64,000 bases of DNA from Chrysomallon squamiferum (lineage: Eukaryota; Animalia; Mollusca), in NCBI GenBank assembly GCA_012295275.1, contig CM022668.1:11718001-11782000 (forward strand), read 5' to 3'. Of the stretch, positions 28,001 through 40,707 are shown one piece after another. Position numbers and translations under genes: made by a program. The notes beneath the pieces were generated by a model. That model was not told the origin of the DNA. It did not search any database and worked only from the letters and a program-made list of their open reading frames with translations. The number at the start of each line of letters is the position of its first letter. Positions within the stretch are counted from its first letter, which is position 1.

Positions 28001-31000
28001 TCAACAGAACTGTATTATAATAATTATTTCTATTTAATTTCATCAAACTGTACATCAGCTGAACTGTATTATAATAATTATTTTTGCTTCACTAGACTGT
28101 ACATCAAAAGGAGACATTGTGTTCATTGTCGACTCTTCTGGAAGTGTTGGGCAAAATAATTTCTACCACATCCTCAACTTCATAACTGATGTCGTACGGG
28201 GCCTTGCCATTGATGCTGGATTGTTCCGTGTGGGCATGATCACCTACAGTACCTCATCCAACATCGAGTTCCACCTCAACGAATACGACAATGCTGTTGA
28301 TGTCATCGGCGCCATTCGCAATGTGCATTACAGCTACGGTTACACACACACATCAGAAGCTTTGCGGAGAGCAAGAACAGAGATGTTCACAACGTCTCGA
28401 GGTGACAGACCAGGTAAGTAAAGTTTAAATTTACTGTCTGTATGTTAAATGTTAAATGCTTAATCTGCAGAAGTAAGGCCAAAAGTTAATCTGTTTTTTA
28501 ACATTTAACAGAATATTTAGGAACAACAATAAATTTCAGTGTAGTCTTAGTGTAAGGATTTGAGAGTCTTTTGGATGGAAAACAGACTGATGTTAGTCCT
28601 TGTACCCACTCTAATTTTCTTTGTTTTTCAATTACTTATTCAGAAATATTACAAATTTAAACTGATTAGAGTTTATCCTAGTGTTGACTCAACTCTAATC
28701 CTCAACTTTATTTTTAAAAGCATTTCTAATTTTATTCCTTTTCTTTGCATGAGTTTTCTCTTTTCTTACTGTTGAATATCTTTTAAAATTATTATAATAA
28801 AATATATTTACATGCAAAAGTTATTTCTCGTGTGCATGTACGTACATATACACATTTAGAAAATAAGTGTTATATATATTATTTTATAAATGTTTATGTG
28901 TGTTGTATATATAGATAGATAGATAGATAGATAGATAGATGAATGTAGGTAGATATGCATATATTCATTTATAAAATAACTGTAATGTTTTAACAGATGC
29001 TCCTAATCTTGCTATCGTCATCACTGATGGCCAGTCCAACATCGACAACTTTGAGACCCTGCCTGAGGCCATGAGACTGAAAAGGGAAGGAATCAGCGTC
29101 ATCACCCTCGCTGTCGGCTTCACTGGCGCTACAGCAGAGTTAAATGGAATGACGTCACAGCCAATAAGCGAAAACCTTCTGTTTGTTGATGATTTTGAGG
29201 CTTTGCAGAATGTCAGAAATAACATTGTCAGTCCTTTGTGCACAGGTGAGAAATTGCCTGCATTTTTGTTCTTTTTTAATATACGTGAATTGTTTATTTC
29301 TGTTAGTTTTGTTCAGGTTTATTTTCTGTTTAAATATTTCTACGCAGTTGAGAGATTACTTTCGTATTTTTTCTTCTTTTTTTTTTGAATGTACATTAAT
29401 TATATGTATTAGTTTTGTTCAGTATTATTTTCTGTTTAAATATTTGTGTATTATTATTATTTTTTTTTTTTTTTAAATATACAATAATTAGTAGTTTTAA
29501 TGTGTAGTATTTTTTTCTGTTTATATATTTTGTATTTTTATAATTGTATTTAAGTACTTATTACACTAACTCATTAAGAATGTTTTATTGTATTTATCTA
29601 TAATCATAGCAATAATGTATCAAGATAAACATTATCATATGACAAAATTAAAATCCTGAGAAATGTGAATTTGTTCCAGTTAATTTACCTCTGTTAAATA
29701 TATATTATTACTGTTGTTTCTTATTATTTATGTGCTGCTGTTGTTATTATTTATTTATTTATTTATTTTTTATTTTTTTTTTTTTATTTTTGTTTTTGTT
29801 TTACTAATTTAAATAAAACTAATAATAATATAGTGGATGACTTGCTGTTGTTACTGTTTAACCTTTATTTTTATTATTATTATTTTTTTAAAGTAGTTTA
29901 TTGTAATATTTTTATTATTTTCATTGTTGTTTTAAGACAACAAGTGGTATCATTACACCAATGTGTTTGGTTTACAGATGGTAACCTCTGTGATGAAAAC
30001 CCATGTCACAATGAAGCAACTTGTCTCGATGGACTAAGAAGTTACACTTGTGTGTGTCGACCAGGCTACTTTGGTGACAACTGTCAAAAATGTGAGTTTA
30101 ATTAACTGACTTCATTATCACATGAAACGTGTCAAATATTCATTGCTTCTTTACTACAGTTTTAAAATGTTAAAACAATATTTTACAGTAAAAAGCTTTA
30201 TAAAAAAACAAAAAAACAATGTATTTGTAAAGAAGCAAAATATCTTTTAGTAAAATGTGCCAGCCTGTTGTAATTGCTTGTGTGTGAGTATGTTATCACA
30301 TGTGAGGTACGTATGTATCAATGTGTGTAAATGCATGAAACTGTGTATGTTTTAAGGTATTATTTTGTACATGTATGTATATAATTATATGTAAAATTAT
30401 TTTGTAAATTTGTGATGAATGCCTGCAAAAAAAATAAAACACATAACAAAAGCACAGAAATATTCTTAAGCATACTAAAACTGTAATTTCATCCTCACAA
30501 AAACAAATGTATTTCTAAACGCAATTCAAAAAGTTCCAGAAATTTTATTTTCATAAAAATGTTTTCGAATCTATCTTAAAGCTTGTGGAGGACCTGCTGA
30601 CGTTGTCCTCATTCTGGACTCCTCCAACTCCATCGGACCTGAAACCTTCAACCGCATCAAGAGCTACGCTGAGACTCTCGTCCGTGAAATGAACATCGAA
30701 GCTTGCGACATCCGAATCGGTGCCATGAAGTACAGCTCTGCCGCCATGGTCCAGTTTAACCTGGGAACCTACCGCGACCAGGAAACAATATCACGGGCCA
30801 TCGATTCCATCCACTACACCCGTGGACAGTCCAACATGGCCGATGCTCTGAGCACAGCCAGGACAAGGATGTTCAACAGAGGATTTGACCGTCCGGACGC
30901 CAGAAAGATTGCTTATTTGTTCACCGACGGTGAGGTTCAGATTAATAAGGATTCAACTCTCTCCGAGGCTGAGCTGATGATTGAGTCTGGGGTGAGGATT

Positions 31001-33410
31001 GTGCCCCTGGCAATAGAGATGAGGGACAGGACGGAGATAGAGTCGATTGCAGCTTCTCAGGGAATGGGTCTGATTGAAGTTCAGGGTGACATGGGTATGC
31101 AGGATATGAGTGACCAAGTGCTGAGGCCAGTTCTTGACAGTAAGTTCAGATATTTCAGCTTCACTGTTTAAATTTGTGATGACAAAACTTATGAAAAAAC
31201 TATATATCAGCTTTGATAGCTCCAATGTTTTTAGGTTTTTGATGACATGTTAACATTGGTGAATAGTAATTGCTGATACTAAAAGATAATTCTCAGCATA
31301 AATTCAGTTTTGACAATAATTTTCAAATATTTTGTACAGTTCTGACACAAACAGTTCAAGGTCATGATTATCAGTAAGTTCAGACACTCTGAGACTATGA
31401 TAACGTTTGACAGTGACTTCCAAGAAAATGTTGTATATTTTATTCCTCTTGAATACAAATCAGATTCTTGTTTTCAGAAAAAAAAAACTATTTATTATTA
31501 TTATTACCATTATTAAAGAACAAACAATGCTAATAACATAGATAGTACTAGATTATAAATATTTTAACAATACAAATAATACACCATAACTGTTATTTTA
31601 GACATCTGTGTTAACAAACAGACTATATTTATTACAGTATGCTTCATTTCCAATATTTACATATATCTGCATTACTAATATAAATTTAATAACACATAAT
31701 TATTGTAGCATTTTTAATTTCATTTTACTGAGCCATAGCTCCCATTTAAATTAACATTAATGATTAAGTGCAGTTTTTAATACTTCTAATTTTATTAGTA
31801 CTGTTGCTGTTTTGGGGTTTTGTGTTTCTGGAGGGGTTTTATGTTTGTATTTGTTTTTTGTTTTTGTGTTTTTGTTGTTTTTGTTTTGTTTTTGTCACGA
31901 GTGGTTTTTACTTGAATTTTGGATGGAGTTGTTTTTTTTTTTTTTGGATGGACATTTTTGTTCTGTTTAAAATAAAACATGTATTTTATTTACTAAAAAT
32001 TGTTTTTATTTTTTGTTCACTGTTACAGCTGGTGCAGGTATGACAGTAAATCAAAGAGTATTTTTTTTCTTTTTGTTTTTTAACTTTTTTTTTCTTGTTA
32101 TTGTTCTTTTGATTCACCTTCATTTAACCTTGTGCATGTCTGAAAAATCCAATAATAAAATAAATGCTCCCCTTAATTTGTTTTATTGCAGCCTTTAAAC
32201 ACATCCATGAATGTATTAATTATTCACAATGAATACTGTTATGAAGCGTATGATGTCATGAAATGTTTCAAATATATTTATATTAAGTGGCATGATTAGA
32301 GACAGTATACAACTGGCATGCCATTATATAATGTATAAGTTGTTGGGAATTGTTATTAAATAGTATATATCGGTCATATGTTAAAAACTGCATTTTGTTT
32401 TCATAGTATTCATGATTTTTTAATTTTCTTATTTATTTATTGTAGTTTGTAGTTTATGCATATAACATCAAGTAGTTTTAGAGAAAACTGCATGTAGAAA
32501 CTGTTAACATTAGCAATCCAGTCTTAACAAAAGTACTGTTACAGATTAAGGATCCATTATCCAAAATTTTATAAACAAAATAAAAAATCTTCAAAATGAA
32601 GGATGTTTTAATGTCCACGATAATCATATCTTATAAAATTTTTAATGGTTTAACATAAATAAACTGTATTTCATGCATAAAATTATTTAAATATTTTATG
32701 AAAATGCTTGCAGACTGCCTGTAAAAGATGTATCAGACATATAAATGGATTTCATGTTTCGACTAACATCATTTTCCCAGACTTTCTCCCTATATTCAAA
32801 ATTCAGATAAGTGTTTAAATTGACACACTTGTGGTCCCAGGTTTTTCAGATAAAGGATCCTCAATGTGCAGTAATCTTTTTAACTAAGTCCTATATCTTT
32901 TTCATAACTGAATGCTCCATTAAAAATCCTTACAGAGATTTTAAAATGTGAAAATATCTTTACAGTAATCATAAAATTATTAACATAGTCTGTTTTATCT
33001 TCAGTTCAACACACAAAAATAGTGACTTGCATGTTGAGTAGTATTGCCTTCATGAAGATAACTGCATGTGACTCCCAAAATAAGAAAATCTTTAAGTGGT
33101 AATATTGAGTTCTTAGATTGTTATTTTATTTTATTTTTTTTAAGGATGGTCAGCATAGATTTTTTGCTACTTTTTTTGTATTATTATTAATATTTTTTTA
33201 TATATATATATAATATTATTTTTTTTTTTTTAATCTTTTTTATTTATTTATTTATTTATTTATTTATACATTCATTCATTGGAATAGAGAATTTTTATTT
33301 TTTTAATGGGTGGTTTTATCATGTGCTAGTCCTGAGGAATTTTTTTTCATATGGATGGTTGTGCTTTCCACTTTATTTTACTCTCAGATTATTATTTTAC
33401 ATTTATTTGA

Positions 33411-33472
<62 letters not shown>

Positions 33473-33701
33473 AATTAATCAGTAACCATTATTACTAGAG
33501 TATTTGTTTTCTTCTGTTTAGTAATAATTACTAATTTATAGTATTTATGCAGTTATTCATCAGGTAGTTTATGTTATTCTATAATCTTCATAAATTAATT
33601 TTAACAATTGGTGAATTATATATAGTTTTACTAATATTATATATTGCTTATCATGCTATTATTAATAATTAAAATATCCACAGAAGAAAATTAATTTAAA
33701 A

Positions 33702-33787
<86 letters not shown>

Positions 33788-34022
33788 CTAAAATATGTTT
33801 TGTTTTGTTTGTTACAGAAGAAAACCACTGTGCTGACAACCCATGTGAAAATGGAGGTCGTTGCATAAGTCGTCCAGGTGGATTCAGGTGTGAATGTTTG
33901 TCTGGCTTTTCTGGAGACACATGTGGCCGACGTAAGTGTCTTCTTATTGTTATTGTTACTATTGTTATTCTTACCTCTATTCTTACTGCTGTTGTTATTA
34001 TTGTCATTATTATTATTACTGT

Positions 34023-34055
<33 letters not shown>

Positions 34056-34070
34056 CATTATTATTATTGT

Positions 34071-34109
<39 letters not shown>

Positions 34110-36620
34110 TTTCTTTATTTATTGGTGCTACCATTATTGTTATAAGCATAAATGTATTTTATTCATAATTATTTTATTTTATTTTATTATTATTATTATT
34201 ATTTGATAGCATATGCAAATTTGAAATTTTTTATTGCTAGCTGCGAAAACACTGAATTATACATTGGTTCAAAATACTAAGACTTGTGTTGGATCCCTTT
34301 GGTAATTGAAAAACATACCAGTAACTGTACAATATGTCAGTTTAAGAATCTTGTAGTCTTAGGATCAAACCTCATTGATGTTCTTATTTAACTCTTTCTT
34401 TATCCAGCCAGTGTTGTCTAATGGGTCACTCAAAGGCTGTGGTTTGTGGTTTTCCTATCCATGAAAAAAAAAGTCACATGAAAGAAAAGTATAAAACAGT
34501 AATTCCAAATAGAAATATCTTCTATCAAATCAATATACAAGATCTGTGTTTGATGTCAGATAACAATTAATGTTAAAATTTATTACAGTGTTATTAAGCA
34601 GTTCATTCATTTTGTTCTAATAATTTTTTAAATATTTTTTCCTCCAGGTTGTATTGGACAAGGGGATGTGGTTTTTGTGCTCGATAAATCCCGCTATGTC
34701 GCACGAAAGGAGTTAAGAAAGATGAAACGTTTCATTCGTCACGTTGTCAACAGGATGTCGTTTAAGAATGGAAATCACCGCGTTGCTGTCGTTGAGTTTG
34801 GAGCATCGTCCCACATCACTGTGACACTGAATGATGGCATCACGAGAAGAGCTGTGAAAATTCCTGTTGCTGGAATAAGGTGACGAAAATAAAACAATTT
34901 TTTAGTATACACTGGAATGTTGTAATTTATGTAAGATGATTTGTGTTGTATTTAGAAAGATGTCATTTATGTAAAATGATTAGTGTTATCTTTAAGAAAA
35001 TCAAATTTATGTAAAACAGATTGCATTATCACTGGAATAAGATAATTAATGTAAGGATCATTCCGTGTCAAATCACCCCCCAAAAAAACAAATTTAAACC
35101 CAACCGTCTCAGATTTTTATGAATTTTATGCACACATGTAGACCTACAATGTCTTGCTCGATGATCAAGAAAGATGGTGATTCCTAGCATCCAGAATTGA
35201 TCATTCAGGTTTTAATTAATCAGATGTTAATGGCTGAAAAGGTGTTATTTTCATGTATGTGCATTTTTTAAATATATATTGAGGCTAAACAAAAAATATT
35301 ACACCCAGGAAACTTTTATATGTTTTAGTTAACATGTGGGAGATTAAATTTCAATAAAGGTCATCTCAAGATCACGTGATCCACACGGTCAATTTCAAGT
35401 TCATAGCAAAGGTCAAAAGGTCAAGGTACTCCAATATTTTCCAAACTAAACAAAAATGGCAGATTTGGAATCCTTGTCATTTTGCCTTTCTAACAATACC
35501 AATTTTATGAAGATTGGCCCAGTAGTTCCTGAAATATTAGGGTTCTTAGGTTGGTGGTCACACCCATTTGCCAAAAATCTCAAAATTTGGTGGGCCATAT
35601 CTCCCACACCACTGGTCTGATCGGGCTAAATTTCAGATTTGGTGCTGTGGGATTCCAGTCAACAAGTATACCAAGTTTCATAAAAATCTGAGACGGTCGG
35701 TTTTAAACCATTGGGTGATTTGACACAGAATGACCCGTAATAACAATTTGGATTGGTGTAATTCATGTACACTGGTTTATATTATTGGAATAATGTAATT
35801 TTTGTAATGCAAATTTTTTAATCACTGGATTAAGGTAATTTATGTAAAAGATTAGTATTGTCAGTGGAGCAATGTAATTTATGAATACGTTGTTATGTAA
35901 ATGATGTATTTTATGTAAAATGATTGATGTTATCTCAGGAATTATGTAACTGATGTAATAACATTTGTACTGTCACTGGAATAATATAATTCACATTTTA
36001 AGAATTTGTGTAATCACTAAAATAATATATTCTGTTTAAAATGATTTGCATATTAGTCAAAATACAAGAGCCATTACAAGAAATGGTATATTATTATAAC
36101 TGGATAAACTTTTTTTTTTTTCTTAAACTCAGTGTTATTTTTGTTTATATGTGATTAATTATATTAATATCAGTAAATAACATGATGATTCAAACAAGAA
36201 GCACTCTTAATAATGAAACTTTCTGTATTAATACCAAAATACCAGGTCTAATAAAGATACTGTAATTTTATAGCATTTTAATAAAAAAATTAAAATGTTT
36301 TACTTTAATACTAGGAAATCTTATGATGACCCTAACATTGCTGGTGCCCTTCAGAAAGTGAGGACAAAGGTTCTGGGAACCCGAGGTGACCGAGAGCTGA
36401 TTCCTAATTATGTAGTGCTCATCACAAAGAGCATGAGAAATGCTCATGAAATTATCTTTGAGGTCAACAAACTGAAACGAACTGGAGCTAAGATCATTGG
36501 AATTGGTATGTAGAAAGTAGAATAATAGTATTTCTTGTTTCAGTGTTAGTATTTTGTAACTTTATATATATATATATATATATATATGTTCTTTTATTTT
36601 TATTTTTATATTTAATATTA

Positions 36621-36655
<35 letters not shown>

Positions 36656-38168
36656 TATTTATTTATGTATTTATTTCTTATTGACTGATTGATTGATTTA
36701 TATATTTGTTTTTGATTTGTTTAAATTTCTTTAATTTGTTTGCTAAGAGATTATTTGTGAACATTTTCTGGCTTTTTAGTTTTTAGATGTTAATATATAT
36801 AAATATAATGATATTATATACATATGATAAAATACATATTATAAATCTACATTAGTTTATTGTTGCTGTTTTTAATATGTGGTGGGTTTTTTTTATTCTT
36901 TTCATTGTTGTTTTTAGGTTAACCCACACTTGTTAACAATAAAGTTTTCTTTGTTTCTTTTGCATTTACTTGTGTCATCACATAATGTACAGATATTGCT
37001 TCAAGACTGCTACATTCAAAAAAATATTTACCGAACAAAATAGTTTTTTTTTTTTTTTATTTTAATAATTTTGAAAACATGCAGTCAGTTCCCCCCATTT
37101 TGCTGAAGTGCAAAATGAGCAATACAGACAATATTAAATAAATAGGATCAGTTTAATTCTTTATTAGTCTATTAGTGATTTGGTGAATTGAAAGATTTTA
37201 CTTTTGGAGAAACAATAAAAATTACCACTGCTAGAAATATGAATAAAGGTAAAAAGTAGAGATGAAAGATAAATTAATCAGGATATTTCAAATCAAATAT
37301 ATAATATATATATATAGATATTATATTATATTATATTATATTATATTTTACAGGTGTTGGCTTGGTTGGTACAGAAAAGATGTTCATGGAATCTATTGTG
37401 TCCTCTCCCAGCTCTGAAATGATGTTTGACGCTTATGAAGCTGATGATCTTGATGCTGTTTCAGGCCAGTTTCTCGACTTTGTTTGTGAAGGTAAGTAGA
37501 TATTAAACTAATTTAAATTATTAAGATGTTGGTTTTTGGATGGGGTTTTTTTTTTTTTTTATAGATAATTAACAGTATAATTATTTATATATTTAGTGCT
37601 TTTTAATAATAATTTTAATTTTTTTTTTTTTTTTTTATTTTTATATATATAATGTTAATTTTAATTTTTTTTTTTTTTTTTTTTATTGATTCAGATAATT
37701 TTAACTTTTTATTTTTAATTTTGTTTTACGTTTATCTATTTAGTGCTTTTTAATCTTTTTTTTTTTTTTTTATATATATAATATTTATCACAGATCCATG
37801 TCTGAACGGTGGAGACGTGTGTGAGAGTTCTAACAGAGACTACACCTGTAGATGCAGATCAGGCTGGGCTGGCAAAAACTGTGAAAGCCGTAAGTAGTTT
37901 TTTTTATGTAGTTTGTTAGTGTTTCGGTTAACTGAACGATTTTACTTCTAGAGGAATGTTGTTATCAGTAGTGATGTTAAAGTAGTACAGATAACGTTAA
38001 ATAAATAGGATGCATTTAATTGTTTCATTGTTTAGTAAGAGTAGTAGTTGATATAATTTTTGGGGTAAGAATAAAGTTTCAAAATTGCTCTGAATGTTTC
38101 TCTCTCCCTTTTCTTCTTCTTCTTCTTCTTCTTCTTCTTCTTCTTCTTCTTCTCTCTCTCCCTTTTCT

Positions 38169-38206
<38 letters not shown>

Positions 38207-38669
38207 GCTTTTATCAGTTTCATATGTCATCAAAATAAACATAAAAGTAACATATTTAAATAATGTATTTTCATACAAATAAATAAATAAGTAAGTAATC
38301 GTTATTTCCAGGTTGCAACGACAAAGCTGACGTTGTCGTCCTCATCGATTCCTCTGGCAGTGTTGGGTATGAAAACTTCCGAAAGGTCAAAGATTATCTC
38401 AGACAGCTGGTCAGTAAGATGAACATCGGCGCTGACCGCACCAGACTGGGCGTTGCCACGTTCAGCGACTTCAGTCGGGCTGAGATCTACCTCAATGCTC
38501 ACACCAACAAGCGCGAACTCATGAACGCCATTTCTGGCCTCACCTACGAGTACGGCAACACCAACACAGCGTCGGGTATCAAACTTGTGAGGTCAGCGAT
38601 GTTTTCTAATCGCCACGGAGACAGACGTGATGTTCCCAACTTTGGTATGATTTCTGTTTGTTTTCTGTC

Positions 38670-38764
<95 letters not shown>

Positions 38765-40672
38765 TCGTATGTAAAGTTATGGGTCTCTTTCTGGGTGTCA
38801 GTGTTAGTGTGTATGTATCTGTCTGTGGTTGAATGAGTCTTTGTCTCAGTCTATATTGCTGTTTAGTGGTGTATGTGTTTCGATGTCTATAATAGAATTT
38901 TAGAAATTTGTAACTACAGGTATGCACAGAAATGTACATTACTGCACATTTTAAAAGATTTTTTTTTTTTTTTAAAAAATTACACTATCGGGTAAATATG
39001 ATATTATGAATTGGTGTATTCAGTTTAGCAAAATGAATTTTGCATTTCTTTCTGTAGAGTTAGGCTAGAAAGAGCGAGAGATAGCACAAGAAAGACAGAC
39101 TAACAGACACACACACACACACACACACAAAACTCCACAAAAAAGAAACATTCATTCATTCACTCATTCATATATTTTAATGATCAACTTTAATTACAGC
39201 TATAATCATCACTGACGGACTGTCCAATGTCAATTCGAAGGACACAATTCCGCAGGCAAACATCACCAAGAAGCAAGGAATCCACATCTTCTCAATTGGT
39301 GTTGGAAACTTCGACCCGTGGGAGGTGAACGCAATATCTTCAGAACCTGCATCAAAGAATGCATTCATAGTGGACTCATTTGATAACCTTGAAGACATAT
39401 CCTCCAAACTCATAAGCGCCACTTGCAGAGGTATGTTATAGCGTTAATCTCACTGTCAATGTTGGAAGACACATCAGTTAAATTCATAGACACTATGTGT
39501 TTTCTGATTTGTAACTGTTAATCTTCTTTTTGATACTTGTATAAGATTCTGTAGTTATCTGGCTCCATGAAGTCTAAAATTTAACATTTGCTATAGCAAG
39601 GTGAAAGCAATAGCTGCCAAATCCTAAAAGCAATGACTTTTATTCATTAATCATTTCTTTTAGTATATAATAATTATATAATAAAAAGAAACAGTAATAG
39701 TAATGTATTTTTAATTTTAGAAATTTGTGTTTCGGTGACTGCTCTGTTTTTATTATTTTATTTTAGGTTTGTATAACTAAATTATACATAAATATTGCAA
39801 TATTTCTTTTTACTGCTTCTTGACTAAACCTATTTCTAAATGAATTTTAAATATATTTCTAGCATGAATTCACTTCTTATAATACTTTTTTTGCATTCTG
39901 TTATTTAATTTAAAAACAAAACAAACAGCTATGTATTGAAACAGATACAGACTGAAATTCAACAGGTAAATAAATAAATAAGCAGACAAGAAAAGGGTTA
40001 ACAAGTGTTTCAGGGAAAACTGTTAAATGACAGAAAGTGATAAAGACAGATATTAGTTATTATTTTCTTATTGTTTCCTTTACGAAGTGTGTTTTCCCTT
40101 TCTAAATAAACTATTTTTCTAATATACATAAATATTTGTTTCAGATCCTGGAGTCTGTGCTGATGATCCTTGTCTTAATGGAGGTATCTGTATTCCCACT
40201 GTTGGTGATTATAGATGTGAATGTTCCATTGGATTCCTTGGGAAGAACTGTGAACTAGGTACTTATATTTCTTTACTTTTTACTGGTATAATATAACAGA
40301 AAATAAATGTAATGTCCTTTGTATAAAACATACATGCACATACACCTTCCCTGTGCATCTATGAGATATTTGACTGTCTGTGAACAGATTTAAGTGGGGT
40401 TGTTATAATACAGGGACATGTTCTTCAAGATTATTATTATTATTATTCATATCTTTTAATTTTTAAGAATAAATAAATAAATATGATGCAAGAAAATGCG
40501 GTGCCCAGTAAATCTCAAACTATAACAAATAAATAATGTTATAAATAAATAAATAAATTAATTAATACAGTTTTAAATCTGCTTGAGAGTAAAATCTCGA
40601 AGTAATAATAAATGAATCAACAAATAAACATTAAATTATTAAAAAAAAAAAAAAAAAAATTAAAAAAATGTA

Positions 40673-40707
<35 letters not shown>

